A DNA stretch of 63,497 nt, counting the filler, from Rhabdomonas costata (lineage: Eukaryota), in assembly GCA_019059605.1 (NCBI GenBank). It is 34 parts of 34 records of this genome, joined end to end, with 100 filler letters (N's around TTAATTAATTAA, not from the genome) between each part and the next. Parts side by side here need not be neighbours in the genome. Positions count along the whole stretch, not along the records: positions 11,221 to 12,991 come from JAHMHO010009288.1; positions 13,092 to 14,862 come from JAHMHO010009289.1; positions 14,963 to 16,732 come from JAHMHO010009290.1; positions 16,833 to 18,603 come from JAHMHO010009291.1; positions 18,704 to 20,472 come from JAHMHO010009292.1; positions 20,573 to 22,343 come from JAHMHO010009293.1; positions 22,444 to 24,214 come from JAHMHO010009294.1; positions 24,315 to 26,085 come from JAHMHO010009295.1; 26 more parts are not named here. One strand, given 5' to 3'. Under the pieces are notes generated by a model. It was not told the DNA's origin, searched no databases, and saw nothing but the letters and a program-made list of their open reading frames with translations. Every line of letters begins with the position of its first letter. Position 1 is the stretch's first letter. This document shows positions 12,651-26,943 of this stretch, in pieces. Both the position numbers and the translations under genes were made by a program.

Positions 12651-15600
12651 GTGAGGCTGTATTTTCCTCCCCAGTTAAAAAGGAAAAAGTTGCGGAGTAG
12701 AGATGCACGAGGGGGTACATCCTAGTTCCCCTTGAAACAGGGGGACTGAAGATTGACTATGTCATGCCAGAAAGCGGAGTCAGGTTCTGAGAGAAGTAAT
12801 GCCTTATTCTCCGTCCTTTCCATGAGACGCTTGGACTAACTCGAATTAGGTTACTCGCTCCCATCCGGTTGCTTTACGTGAAACGATCTGCGTGCCCGTT
12901 TCCTTCTTCCTCCCTAAGATACTCCTTTGCCTGAAACATGGACCCTATCTGAATCGCCAAACCCCCACATAGCAGTGTTCACGGGTAGCGGNNNNNNNNN
13001 NNNNNNNNNNNNNNNNNNNNNNNNNNNNNNNNNNNTTAATTAATTAANNNNNNNNNNNNNNNNNNNNNNNNNNNNNNNNNNNNNNNNNNNNGGTTGGGGG
13101 GTGAACCCTAAATCCCGATTCGGATAAAGCGGAACCAGTTCATCTCGGAAGCTGTTGTGGCGTCCATTTATGCCACAGGAAAAGCAACAAAGACATTGGC
13201 GGATCCTGGGGGGCTTTGCAAAACGAACAGAGAAGTAGGATACACATGCACACGCTGCATCGTTTTGCCACTCCTTCACTACAGAACCACGCACACGCGG
13301 TCAAGATTTGTCTCTTTGCTGTGTACAACGCCTCATTTTTTTGCAGGTCGGATACTACCTTTCAAACCAAAACCTGGAGAAGGACTCCTACCTTGCCTCG
13401 AAAATGAGTCCAGAGTTGTGGGTTAAGCTGAGCGTTCTTTGCGGTATGTGTGTGTTTCTGCTCTCCTTGTAGTTTGAAGAAGTTGAGAGTTGGGGCTTCG
13501 TAATGTTTCACAGAGGGACCTCCGCCCAGCAGAGCAAGAGTGGCAGCCTCATCCTCATAATGCGCAGATGTATGTATGTGTGTGTGGATGATAAGTGTGT
13601 TGGTGGAGACATGTTGCAGACACTTAACCGATGCCATGTTTGTGGATTTCATGACAGGGACGTATTAATAGCGGTAAACAATGTGTGTGTGTGTGCGTGT
13701 GTATGTGTGGTTGAGAGAGAGATAGACCTTCTTCAGTCATCATCTTAAGTCTTAAGTCTCGCAACTGTTCGAGACTCCGTCATCTCCAGGCAACTTATGT
13801 CCCCAACCAGGCACCAGCTGGCACCCTTGTTCCACAGGAAGTCCTGGTTGGGGCAGGGTTTCACCTCCATTGATCTCTGCTGAAGGCTTGATGGCCTTGA
13901 TTTCAATGGATGGTGCATCTGAACTGCATCCTGACTTTATGCCTGTGAATTAGAAGCACTGGCATGGAGGGACTGGTTCGCGCTGGTTATGGAATACGTG
14001 TTTTCTGTGGATGAGCTTATCTTGTATCCCAAGGAAGTTGCTCTGGTGTGATACGCTCATTCCTCACCGCACCGGTGCGGGACGCCTCGATGAGGTTGTT
14101 GTCAAGCCGTGTTCTTATCATCTTCGCGCAGAGTTTCCCTTGTTGAAGGAGCTGGGTGTGAACGTGGAGGAGGTCAACATCGCCCTTCACAAGTGCTCGG
14201 AGTTTGAGGTTTATCTTGCCCTCTTTCGCGCGCTGCACTGATCCACGCCGCTAGGATTTCTCTCGTGTGGCTTTGTGAATACCGCTCACTATGTACATCA
14301 TGTGTCATCTGCGTTTGCTCCAGCCCATCTCCGTCCGTGTTTGTGAGAGTGAGCAGAAGAAGGCAACCAAGCCACTCCCATCCCACATCAGTGCCGGAAT
14401 GGGGAGCGAGAATTATGTCTGCAAAAACTTGGCCATATAAATGAACGGGAATTTCGAGCACCTCAGAAAGAGATCTCCAAACACCCGCAAGAACCCAAAG
14501 AAATAAACACCCGAACTACCGAATGAACCAACAAGGCTACGCAGGACCGAAGACGCAAAGAACCATGAAGACCAAATACCTCAACCTCAGAACCTTGAAC
14601 CCACGAACCCCAAAATCTACCAAACTCGAAACCCAAAAACCTGACCTCTGAAAAAGATGCCAGGGTCAGAAATCCACCCCTCATGTCAAGAACCAGCCGA
14701 TGTCACCCGACCCTATACCCACATGACCTGATCCACCGATTCGTGAACCCTACCTCAGGTGACCTGACCTCCAACTCCGCATGGCCCCTACGTGAGCACC
14801 CTCCTGCCTCCAATACCCGACGCACTCACCACCCCAGGAACCCACGCATACACCACCAACACNNNNNNNNNNNNNNNNNNNNNNNNNNNNNNNNNNNNNN
14901 NNNNNNTTAATTAATTAANNNNNNNNNNNNNNNNNNNNNNNNNNNNNNNNNNNNNNNNNNNNGGGTGTGTTGTTGTTGTGTACCTGTTGAAAGGCCAAGA
15001 TAAGATACGAGGTTAGGGCGCCGGAGGATACTATCCAGGGTGAAGGGAAGGATGGAAGGGTGGGAAACAAGAGAAGAAAGAGAAGAGGGTCAGGAATTAT
15101 TTGGGCTTCGAGAAGCAGAAACCAATGGTAAGTAAGAGGCAATGGTAGGTAAGAGGCGTAAGAGGTGTTTGTCTGCCAGAATGGTTTTGTCACAGCAAAT
15201 TGGCATCAAATAACCAACATATGTGGAGCAAGAAGAATCTTTTGGAGAGGGGTCAGCCGAAGCAGGCCTGGGGGTCTTTTGTATGTACAGCAGGCCTTCA
15301 AATCATTGTGCGCCGCTTCTTGCTCCACGCAGCGGAGGGTTTAAGTCGTACGAATAAGAAAAAGGGGAAGGTGAGCCCAAATAAGTCCTTCGAGCAAAGG
15401 TAGCATTTGTGCACAGGTCTGCAATCCAGCTCACACAGCGACCGTTTAAATCCAAACTGGGCAGTTTAATTTGGTGCCGGTTTCGATTTCACATTGCTTT
15501 TGTTTCCTTTGTGTCACCCAAAACCCCTCAGAACCGAAGGCCATGCAGGGGCATATGACACTGGGGGGCAGAACCTGCCTTTCTGGTGCTCACTTTTTGT

Positions 15601-15691
15601 GCTTTCTCTGAATCCATCGCTTTGCTTCTGCGCTGAAGGACCCTTTTCAGAGCTAGATACGGAACCCTCCGAATAAAACCGATCACACTAG

Positions 15692-16320
15692 GGCGGGGAG
15701 GACGTCGACCTGGCCATCCGGAACCACTTCCTTGCGGTGATGAAGCAGCAGCACAACGTGGACCTTAGCTCGGACATCATCGCCAGCAACCGCTTCCGCG
15801 AGGCCGCCGAGAACGCCAAGAAGGAGCTAGACCACAACAAGAAGGTGCGCAGAGGAAACGTGATGTTGAGAAATGAATCACACAAACATACTTGTACTCG
15901 CACTGCTCAACAAGACCCCATTTCCCCGAAGTCGCTTTCGGGCTTTTTCGATTTTTTTCTCTCTTTTCTTGCTCAATGTGAAGAGGAATTCATGCTTCCC
16001 TGACACACACAACCAAAAGTACTTTGGACCTTTTTTTGAACACCTGACTTCGAGAGGTTGCTCCCCCCCCCCCCATTCGTCTCAGCCAGCTAAGAGCTTC
16101 TCCATGTGTAAACGTTCCTCCTTCCACCTTTCTCGCTTGTGTTCCCGTCTCGCTGCAGATCAACGTGGAGATCCCGTTCATCACCCCGGAGCACAACTTC
16201 ACATATGAGTTCACCCGCGCGAAGTTCGACGAGATCATTGACCCCATCGTCAAGCGCTGCGTTGAGCCCTGCAAGCAGTGCCTGAAGGACGCTGGCATCG
16301 ACAAGAGCGCCATCGCCCAG
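15692..16320 (+). CDS. Partial Hsp70 ATPase domain, DnaK/organellar type, divergent
   Basis: Exons 15692-15844 and 16159-16320: GGEDVDLAIRNHF...RFREAAENAKKELDHNKK|INVEIPFITPEHNFTYEFTRAKFDEIIDPIVKRCVEPCKQCLKDAG. This is collinear with DnaK GGEDFD...EAAEKAKIELS...NLPYIT...TRAK. Confidence 0.9.
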
Positions 16321-19150
16321 GTCCTCTTGCCCCCTACACATTCTCACTCACATTGGCCGTATCCCTGCTCGCCATTACTGTGCTACGCTATGGTATGCTT
16401 CCGTGTTCTTCAGAAACGCAAACGCAAAGCAGCGGGTTTCTTTAACATCCTCTGCGAAGATGAAAAGCCTTTCAAGAACACAATTGGTTCTTTAAAGGAT
16501 CAGAAATACTGTAAAGGAGTGGACTTGGCAGCAGCAGCGAAGCCCCGCAGAAGCACTCCGCTGGTTGGGGCTGGAGTGTCGGAATTACCCCGAAGAGTAT
16601 CTGAGGAGAGCTGCCCTGAAGCCTCAGAAAGCCCCTCTTCAGCAGCACACAGCACACAAAAAAGTGGACAAAATAGCAGCGCAGCAGCAGCAGTCGCGGC
16701 GGCCACACATTGGAGCTTGTCGACCCAAACAANNNNNNNNNNNNNNNNNNNNNNNNNNNNNNNNNNNNNNNNNNNNTTAATTAATTAANNNNNNNNNNNN
16801 NNNNNNNNNNNNNNNNNNNNNNNNNNNNNNNNGTGGGGTTTGGGACGGAAACATTTGCCATGACAGCCTTGCAGTAACCCAAGGTGCATTATTGCAGGAG
16901 TCGTCCGTGGCTCAGGGACAAGGCATCAAACAATGCACAGTTAAATCAATCCCATATCGCCTCCCTGATTCCTATTCTTCAACTTTCCGGCAATTCGGCC
17001 GGCGGCCAATTTTGAAGTTGATTTCCTGCTATATTCTCTTCCTTCCTCCTTCCCCCCTTCCGCTTTGGAAGGTCGCTACGGTCATTTCGGTCGTTACGCA
17101 ACTGATTCCAACTCAAGCTTTTGCTTTTTGGGGGTCAGGTGGCAATACAAGTGTCATTAACCGACAAGTAGCGATCATGCGTTGCGAGGGCGGCGGGGTG
17201 GGGGGCGTCAACCGTCCCACCTTTTAGAAAAAAACACCGCTCCAACCCACATTCACCCAAGAATTCACTTGCTCACTTCATTACAACGGAAAAGAACAAG
17301 AGTCTACCCTGGCACGGCGGAGGTGACACAGCGCTCCGGCGAGGGGGAGAGGGGGGCCGAGGAGTGGGAGAGGTGTTCCCAAACGGCCGCGGAGACCCCG
17401 TGAAGATCATTTGTGTATCTCTGCCTTTACTCACACAGATCAGTAATGGAGTGATGCCTCTGCGTCTCTGAAGGCTTTCGGGGGGCCCAAAAAATGAGAC
17501 AAGGAAGAAGCCTGATCCAAGGGATACCATATCCAAAAGGATTGTCTTGCGGTGCACTGCATGTCCTCTGGTGCAGCCAAGGTGCATCAACCAATTATAA
17601 AACTTCAACGCTGTACGTTATGGAGAATCCGATGCCTGCTCCCACGAGAATCCTAAAAAAAAAAATAGCGCTTCACAAAACAGCGGAGCGTCTTTTCCAA
17701 GCTGGCACCCCACAAGGTTGCATTCTGTTTAGACTTCAACCTTTCCCATTGAACTGGAGAAGTGAGATTCAAACAATCAATAATCCAAACTAACGTCAGG
17801 ACAGGGACTTGGATCAACCAAAAAATGGACCGTAGGGGTCACGCCGGTTGTGGTGACACAAAGAGCAGCACCACTGGTGGTTGCATCCGTCAGAGGAGCA
17901 GAGAGAGATAGAACGACAGGCCAGGGTGGGGCTAGCCTGCGAATCCGCATCTTCGTATGTGTTGACCTGACCCACCCTCAATTCCTTGTTCTCCTTCTGA
18001 AACAGAGCAATCGGTGAAGGAGGAGAGAAGAGGACCAGAAATTGCTGGGGAGAAGACACTGGAGAGAGGGACAGAGGATGGGTGGGGCGAAAAAGGAAGG
18101 GAAATGCTGCCCGTGGACAAATGAAGAAATCACTGCACTTTCCTGGTTCGCGTATATGGGCACGGTAGAAAGCGATAGAATACGAAGTCTAAAAAAATGT
18201 TTGCACAAAGGATAGGTAGTGGCCATCCTGAACGACCTCTAGTCTAACTTTTCGTGTTCGATGAATAAGACAGCAGTGTGCCTTTATCTTCCGCTGGCAT
18301 GTTTCGATAAACTCTGAAAATAAGTGGATTGTATGGCTCAATATAAATCAGTGGCGATTTCATGCGCCAATAATGAAAGCTCTGCAGACGCGAAGCATTC
18401 CCACAAACCCTGAAGGCGAGCTTGGAGGAGGTGTTGAACTTCCTCACACAGAGAAAAAGGCGTTCATAGCAGAGGGGCTTCATGGGAGAAAGGGAGAGGG
18501 AAAGAGAGAGGAGGGATTCAGGAAGGATGGGCCCCTCCTTGGCCTCCCAAAAGCTGGAAGGATCGTTCGTATTCAAGACCCCCGGGCCTTGCAACACCAC
18601 CACNNNNNNNNNNNNNNNNNNNNNNNNNNNNNNNNNNNNNNNNNNNNTTAATTAATTAANNNNNNNNNNNNNNNNNNNNNNNNNNNNNNNNNNNNNNNNN
18701 NNNGTGGGTGGTGCACTACCCCATATCCACACCATTAAGTTGAAATTTGGCGTTTTTCTGGTTCTGGCATTTGATTTTCTCCTCGATGCCAAACAATTTT
18801 TCACTCACTTCTCTTCTTACATCTCTGCTCTCTCTCTCTCTCTCTCTCAACACCCCGCTCAAGTTTCTCAATCGCTCCAGACACCCTGATATGCTCGGAA
18901 CCACCCATCAGGGATGGAGCTCAAAAATGCATAAAGTCATTCCCTTCACTGGTGAGGCTGCGTACACAATGTTTTCCCTTGCTTCTCGAATGTGTAATTG
19001 AATGCAGACAGGCTTTTGGGGAGGCAACGGGCTGTTTGGGTAAAACCAGGAAAAAGAAAAGGAAAAAGAAAGGGAGACGTCCAAAGCAGTCCGAAACATG
19101 GGAGTGAGAAGCAGGGACCCCACCACCACCACCACCACCACCACATACAC

Positions 19151-20444
19151 CTTGACCTCGCCCCGGTTGTTGTAGAGCAGGTTAGGGAGCTTGAGGTCCC
19201 TGTGCAGCACGAAGTTCTGGTGCAGGTAGGCGACCGCCTTCAGTACCTGGTGGATCAGGCACTTCACCTCACTCACAGAGAACCTGGTTTTCATTTTTCA
19301 ATCAGCGACAGTAAGAAAAAACCAGAATGCAGCAGAACGTGAGCATCATTCAGAAACGCACCCTACGATTCGGAGGACACCATGAAACCCTTTGCTCCAA
19401 CATCCACACGGAGAATGCTTGACTCACCCAGAACTTTCTGAAGCAGATGGGAGCAAAAAAAAAGAAAACGAATGCTGATACCGGCAGGTCGCAAGACGCT
19501 CAGAGGCGTCTCTAAGGCGTCTCTCTTAGACACATCTCGAATTTCGTAATTCACTCCATTCCTCCTAATAACCAGGATGTTCCTTCTTCGATCTCGTTCC
19601 CTTGACCGTGCGCACAAGGAAAAGGGGAGCAGGGAGTATGCGACACGCACACTTCTTGCGCATGCTGTCGACCAGCATGCCCAGGTCGTGCTCGCAGTAC
19701 TCGCACACCAAGAAGACGCTGTTCAGGCGGTACCCCACGGCGACCTCCCGCAGCCCCACCAGGTTGGGGTGCCGGAAGCGCTTCAGCAGCTGGATCTCTC
19801 GGAAGGCCGTCAGGGGCATTCCCTCCTGGGGAAGGAACATGAAGAAGGTGTCAAAGGTGGGGGTCAGAAATCGGGATCATTGTGTGTGCGTGTGTGTGGT
19901 GAGTGTAAAATGCGTAAGCGGGGCAGCTGTCTCCGTTTACTGACGCGTATCTTGGCTTGGAAGGTCTGTGTCTGTGCGGGTGTACATGCACCTCTTCTTA
20001 TGCCCCACCTCTCTTTCTTGTTTGTTGTACGACATTCATCGTCGACCGAACTGTCTTCACTCCATTGTGAATCCTCTTCTGTCCCCTAACTCTCCCTTGC
20101 AACTTTTGGGGGGTATTATCCCTTGCACGGTAACGGTTTCCAGATCTTGTCACTGTACTCAAAGCAGCTGCTCAGGTCATGAATAGACGGCCCAACATTC
20201 CCGAGCGCCACACCAGCCGGATTTTCTGTGCACGTACCCCTAGTCGTAAAAGGTTAAGGTAGAAGCCAGCATGGGAAATCAACTGCAGACAACTTCATGC
20301 CAGTGCCTGAGCGCTTTCCTTTTGCTTGAAATCAGCAGACTCTTCAGCAAAGAAACAGCGACGTACCCGTTCAACGTCCCGATCAATTTTGATTTGCTTC
20401 AGCGCCACGATCTCATTGGTTTCCCTGTCTCGCGCCTTGTACAC
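19151..20444 (-). CDS. Partial cyclin-dependent kinase, CDK10/CDK11 family
   Basis: Exons 20444-20367, 19825-19653 and 19283-19151: [19 protein letters not shown]...[14 protein letters not shown]...[21 protein letters not shown]...FSVSEVKCL...[18 protein letters not shown]. Confidence 0.93.
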
Positions 20445-21247
20445 CTATACACGGATCATAACGCAGCTGCAGNNNNNNNNNNNNNNNNNNNNNNNNNNNN
20501 NNNNNNNNNNNNNNNNTTAATTAATTAANNNNNNNNNNNNNNNNNNNNNNNNNNNNNNNNNNNNNNNNNNNNGGTGTTTGGTCCTTGTGTGCAGGCATCC
20601 TGCCTTGTCTGCTTGTCGCTTATTTTTTGTTTCCTTGTATTTCCTTGCATTTGCTCCCTCATTTTGGATTCATTTTGGCCGGCACGTATGTCACTCGGTT
20701 GTGAAGAACACCTGCGGGGTCTCATGTATTATTGACCTTAAACATTAATTCACCCATCAACGTTTTGCAAAACGAACACCTCCTCCCCACCCACCCCACG
20801 TGGTTTGGTTCGAAGGAAGTGAAACGCTTTTGAGGGGGGGGGGAAGGAGGATTGCAGCAGCTGCCAGTCTCTTGACACCTCTGCACTCATTTAGCCTTTT
20901 CCTCAGATAAAAAGGACTGCTTTGCAGCGCCATTATATGACAATACGGGCCACATCCGGTACAAGCCTTGCCTGCCCTTGATGGAGAACTTCATGTACGA
21001 TAAGGTATCGTTTTTTTTACCTTTTTTGTGTTCCATTTTGACTGCCCCCCACCCTTCCTCACAGTGCATAGTCATCTGATCCTGTACTCCTTTGGTGTGC
21101 GATTAGCTTTCCGTATTGCAACAGTTACACGTTCCGCGCAATGCCACCACCAGGATATATTGGCGCTCCGTGTTTTTTGTTCCGGATTTTGCGCATTTTT
21201 TATGGCGCGGCAGCAGTACTGTGCGTTTGTGCACACCTGCCTTGCAG

Positions 21248-21800
21248 AGTTGTGACCTTCATGTGCACTACCTCCGGGTCAACAAGTGGGTTCCTGGTGT
21301 TTCTGGGACGCAGCGGGAACTGAAGCAGTTTTTGGCTCGGCTCAAAGGCGTCGACTCCAGCCCCATTGGTTTGCAAGCTTAACATTGGATTTCCGCAACC
21401 CTGCTCTTCCTCTATCCCTATCCCAGTCCCCAGCCCAGTCAGCCAGACCTTGTCGTTCTTGCCTACACTTTTCTACACGGAAATAATGATCACGAGTGAT
21501 CGTGAAGGTTCTGTGGACTAATGTGGATTATACGACCGTGGGTTGTTCTCTCAGCTGTTTCATGCAGTTGGGGGAGGCTGCTGTTTGGGTCCCGTTGTCT
21601 CGCTCCCGGTGAGGGCGTGTATGGGATGGCTGAGCCTGAGGTTGGTTTTCGTGTTCAGATCTCCTCTACATTAACTTTGGCCTCCACCACATGGTGGCCT
21701 GGCCCGATCGCGTGCTCTCCGCCTACTTAGCCTGTGTTCGGCGTGCCATGGAGATCCTTTTGGAGGCCACCGAAGGACAAGGCATCCCGCCTGCGCACAA
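21248..21800 (+). CDS. Partial SGNH/PC-esterase-like protein
   Basis: Exons 21248-21368 and 21659-~21800 join in phase 1: ...GVDSSPIDLLYINFGLHHMVAWPDRVLSAYLACVRRAMEILL. The DxxxxNxGLH block is typical of this fold. Confidence 0.6.
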
Positions 21801-22728
21801 GTTTTCTTCCCTGGTACCGCTAATTTATTGTGCCTTGGCGCTTAGAGCTCGCCTGGGCTGTTGGGTCATCGAACTTTGCATCTCATCGCATTTCACATCA
21901 ATCATTCCATTGATACCTCACGGCCGCGGCGACTGGGGACGAGGGGGTGAGTTGGGGCCGCCCTCCCACACGCAGATTCAGACTGTTTTTAGAGTATAGA
22001 CTGCATATCGTGTCTCTTTTTGTTAGTTGACATCCAAAGGAGTCGCGCACTCTCTTCGAATAGTCGAATACTTTTGCTCTAATAAAACAGCATTGTCATT
22101 ATGATGCTGCCTTTGCTTTAAGAAAGGGGTGGAGGCCATTCTTTTCGACTTCCCACCGAAAATGAAAAGGAACGAAACTAGTTTGGGCCGGCATCACCGC
22201 CCAGCACGTCGCGAAGAAACCTCCGGAATGGAGGAGGCTGCAGGCCAACTCTCGGGTCCAGGTCCTCTACCCATTGCTTCTTGCCCAGTACGAGTATGCA
22301 ATGCAATTCAGCTTTCTCCGCGCTTGAACAATTACCAACCACCNNNNNNNNNNNNNNNNNNNNNNNNNNNNNNNNNNNNNNNNNNNNTTAATTAATTAAN
22401 NNNNNNNNNNNNNNNNNNNNNNNNNNNNNNNNNNNNNNNNNNNGGTTTGGGGGGGCTCACCTACCTCAGGGTTGAAGTGGGCGGGGGGGGGGGCACCAAA
22501 ATCTCAACCACAACACCTTGCCCTTGCGTATCTTGTGTCGTGTAGATTGGCTTTATTTGTTTCGCAAGGAAACGCCATGGCGAACAGAGTTTAGCCACCT
22601 CTGCCAACCTAAATTCTCCCATCGCACAGACTTCCACCCAAGACTCGGAGAAACGAAATAATCTAATACCCATGGTGCACACAAATTCAGGACTGAAAAG
22701 AAGAGAAACAAGCAAGAGGAGCGCTCAC

Positions 22729-23966
22729 CTGGTAGTAGAACTCCGCCGTCTGGATCTTCGCCGTGTAGAACTCCTTGTCATCGCCCGTGGCGCTGCCCAC
22801 CTGAGTGCGGGTGCATGTGCATGTGGGCCCACAGTAATTCCAACAAAGAGCAGCCGCAAAGCAGCCAATAAAGGTAGATGGATGGATTCTGCAGCAAATC
22901 AAGGCAAATGAGAAAAACCGAAAGAAAAAAAAGAGAGAAAGCTGATCGGTTCGCAAAACGTGGGCAATGGAAAGCAGGAGGTTGAGCAGGGAGAGGGCGT
23001 GACGGCGGACCTTCTTCTGCGCGGCCTTCGCCATCAGGGCCCACTGGTGTGCCAGCATGATGTACCCGGAGTAGAACAGGTAGTCCACCGCACCGGAGCC
23101 CACAATCTCACGATCCTTCTGGGCCTTCATGGCCAGAGCACCTTTGCAAATAAATACGCGTAGAGTACCTTTGAAAACGCTCAGAAGGGTGAAAAAAGGT
23201 TTCTCAACTGAGGCTCTGGTACAATTGTTTTGAAGGTGAAACGATTCAGATTTCTTGCGGGGGGGGGGATCTCCACTGCACTGCCAATGGAGATCACAAA
23301 TCATTCTTCTGGGAATTAATAATCACAAAAACCCCCACAACCAGAAGGATGTACCACATCCTCCGATGGATGTCCTGTGATGGTGTCCTGACTAACTTGA
23401 ATGAAGTTGGGGAAAATATGCCAGCACCCTCGAAATGATGGGATTAATTGAAGGGAATACCCTTAGCTGCAGTGGTCGAAGCTGATTATGCCGCCCGAAT
23501 TGCCGGCACCACTCTCCTCACGATTCCTCGACCGACTGGAAGCCGCTTTAAAGACCCCATTACCATGTTTCGAGATCTAGGGTGCGCAAGAATTTTGCAT
23601 GGCAGATACCCTTTCTTGGTTACGTATTGAATTGCTCTCCAACTCCAACTGAGTCGAAAACCGTCCAGCGAGATATCTTCCATTCGTCTCCATAGTAAGT
23701 CAACCGAAAACTCTACTGACAGGTCGCAGACAATCCATGGACAGTAGAGGTGTCAACGTTTCGTCTGTCCTCCCCACCACCACCACCACCACACAGAACG
23801 AATCGCCCGCTGGTAAGGCGTAAATAAATGAGAAGTTGGCACACAACGAAGAGTACCCGTCTTCATCCACCACTCGCTGGTCAGGCGGGCAAGCGGGAGG
23901 ACAAATGGCCTCATCTTGGAGTCCGCCATGTTGCTCCAGCAGAAGTTCAGCACCTCCTTGACGTAA
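22729..23966 (-). CDS. Partial acyl-CoA dehydrogenase, long form with Acyl-CoA_dh_C C-terminal domain
   Basis: Exons 23966-23857, 23141-23011 and 22800-22729: ...KAQKDREIVGSGAVDYLFYSGYIMLAHQWALMAKAAQKK|VGSATGDDKEFYTAKIQTAEFYYQ. Confidence 0.88.
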
Positions 23967-24790
23967 CTGAGCAAGGCACCCCCCAAAAAAAATCCACCCA
24001 GGGAGCGATGACTTTCCTTCTTCGAACGCAAGAACAGGTTGGGCACGGAAAGTAGAAGTTGACAAACGACCGAAGCGCCGTTGTAAAGAAAACGGCGGGA
24101 ACAGATCACGATACATAACCAGGTTTGAAAAAAGAACCTGTCAATTCGCAAAATCAACGCCCAATGACAATTTGCAATAAGCAGTTTTCCGCACACAATC
24201 TTCGCCCACCCAACNNNNNNNNNNNNNNNNNNNNNNNNNNNNNNNNNNNNNNNNNNNNTTAATTAATTAANNNNNNNNNNNNNNNNNNNNNNNNNNNNNN
24301 NNNNNNNNNNNNNNTTTGTGGTTGAGAAAAAAAACTGTCTCTCTATGGACAATGGCAGTTCTAGGAACGTCTTCGGGCACCAGCGGTTTTCATGCAAAAG
24401 GCTTTATTATTAAAAGGCTTTATCAAAAGGCTGGTCCAAGGAACCCTCTTTGAATATGTCGTTGTAATTTTAGTTCGTTTAACTGGCCGGTGCCATGAGG
24501 AACTTCCCGCTTAGAGCAGCGGCATATTGCAAGCACTTGGAGAAACCAAGGCAATTCTGCAATGCAGGTCCCCTCTGGTGGTGGGATCTCGACAACGGGA
24601 AGAGGGTTTTGGGGTTTTGGTGCAATTGCGGCGACATTGAAAAATTTCAAGAACCAACCAAAATAGTAAGCCGGTGCGGGGGCTGGAGCCTTTTCTGTTC
24701 CCTCCGCGATCGATTCGCCACTACTTCTCTGCAGCTATCAGCATCCTCTGCCGAGAATCCTCCACCCAGCAGCACCAACCAAGCACCGAC

Positions 24791-25831
24791 CTCTGAAGGC
24801 GGCGGCGACTCCGCAGCCTGGCCACCATCGCCTGCCTGACTGGAAGACGCTGCGGAAGGCTCCCTCGAAAGAGACGACCCCCGGCTAGGCCTGGACTCTG
24901 CGTCCCGATCACCGTCCATCCCGTTGTGCTGCTCCTGCTGCTGTAGTGACTGCTGCTGCGGCTGAAGGACGGGCGGAGGTGGGGTTCCCGGCCGGGATGG
25001 GGGCCCTGAATCTCCCCGCGGGCGCCGTCGCAGCTGTTGCTGCCCCGGGGCCGGGGGAAGGGAGAGCTTGGTGACAGGAGCGGCCTCGCCGGTGTAGGAG
25101 TGAAGGTGCAGCAAGCTCTGCCCGGAAGACAGGGTTCTAACCCCACTTGGAGGGCTGAAAGGACGGGAGAGAACAATTGGTGGGACGTGAGCGAGATGAA
25201 GGGGGATGAAGGGGGAAGCGGGATGAAGGAGGACATGTGAAGGAGAAAAAAGGACCCTCCGCTTCGTCCAAGCCCACTCTTCTGCCCCGAGGACACAAAA
25301 GACGTTATACTGAAAGACTGATCACTTACACAACAGGTTTGCACGATTGCTGCAGCGACATTGACCCAAAGGCAAAAGGGGACAATAGAGATCGGGAAGA
25401 AAGGGGAGGGAAAGAGGTAAGGGCAAGGTTGGATTATAAGATTGCCCCCCCCCCTCCGATCTCTCCAGACTGTGGGAGACGGGTGTACTTCAATTTCTGA
25501 GTACACCATTCGGATCTACACCGCCGAGGCTGTGCTTTCTTTGTTCTTTGCGGTGAACTTTTACCCCTCACAACCTGAAAGTGAATTTGGATCAACATTC
25601 GAATCTTCAACGCTGGATGATCCGTACAGGTCCTCTTCAAAAAGCCCTAAACATATCAGCCCCCCTGGTCGGCATCTCCACACAAACGCATAAAAGGTAC
25701 CCGGCATCGTCGTCCTTGGAGGATCTCCGCCCCGAGCGCCCCGAGCGGGGGCTGGGGCGCGTAGCCGCGTCAGCCAGCGCCCGCTGCGAGGCTTCCAGCT
25801 GCCTCTTTGTCGTCTCCAGCGCAGCCTCGGC
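24791..25831 (-). CDS. Hypothetical coiled-coil/low-complexity protein, 2 exons
   Basis: Exons 25831-25701 and 25136-24791 join in phase 2: AEAALETTKRQLEASQRALAD...DDAGTLSSGQSLLH...QPQQQSLQQQEQ. Confidence 0.6.
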
Positions 25832-26768
25832 CTAATCAGACAACCAAAGATATCTAGCTAGCTGCTGAGACAAAAGGAAAATGGCTCTCATAGCTACCTG
25901 CAGAACCATCCCTGCCAGCATGAAGTTCTCTTGAGCCTCACCCTTGGGTATCCTAAGCCCAAGTATGCAGACCCCTATGGTCCAAAAAGCAGTCGTTCCA
26001 AGGCCTCCAGTAATATGCTCTGTTCCAAGGACCCCCCCCCCCGTCTCAACAAACAAACCAACAGAACCTAGAGAAAACAAACAACNNNNNNNNNNNNNNN
26101 NNNNNNNNNNNNNNNNNNNNNNNNNNNNNTTAATTAATTAANNNNNNNNNNNNNNNNNNNNNNNNNNNNNNNNNNNNNNNNNNNNGGGTTGGTGGGGAGT
26201 CCAGATGGGAAGAAAAACGGCTTCCTCTGAAAAAAGTGACCCTGGCCAAGTGCACAAATTGTGTGTGTGTGTGTGTGTGTGTGTGTTTCAGTGTTTGCGA
26301 AAAGTATGATGATGTAGCTCATGTTGACCTGGAAACCGCTGTGATCCCCCTGGCTCCTTTGGCATGCAAACACCCGTCGATTTCATTTGTGACCACCGAA
26401 GCTTTGTTCGCCGCGATCGGTTGATTGGGTCGTGCAGAGACCTTAGTTGATTTGTAAATACCGCCAGATGGTCAAAAGGCGCCAAGTTAACCGTTTATTT
26501 GCGGGAAGTCAGAATAGGGCACTCCCTATTGTCCGTGTCACCGGAAAAGTGCTAGTTGCGCTGGGGGACTTTTGAAAAAGAGAACAGGACGTAATAAACC
26601 AGCAAAGGAAAAGGCGCGAGAATCTGCAATGCACTTGAACCGCTTGTGTTCGTTCCCGTGCCCACTTGGACTGAAAGCAGACGTTTAGACGTCTTTTGAC
26701 AAACTGTACGACCAGTGCTGCTGCCCTTTCGCCGACTCTCGCTCTCGTTTCCACCATTCCCGGTACAG

Positions 26769-26943
26769 GATTGCAGAGCTCGACGTCGAAGCCCAGCACC
26801 TCCGCACTCGTGTGCAAAAGGCCGAGTCGGACCGTACTTCACTGGAGAAGAAGCTGCAGGAGGCCGCAACGTCTGGGCCTGCCACCACCCTGCCCGTGCA
26901 CGGACACAGCAGCTCGTCGGGGAAGCCCGCTGCGGAGTCGGAA
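26769..26943 (+). CDS. Single coiled-coil exon
   Basis: Polypyrimidine tract and CAG acceptor, GTATGT donor; encodes IAELDVEAQHLRTRVQKAESDRTSLEKKLQEAA... Confidence 0.6.

Noticed and set aside
13750-14860. Degenerate non-LTR retrotransposon (strand-skewed leader, WCLVGD-like peptide)
   Set aside because: No convincing endonuclease or RT motifs could be assembled.
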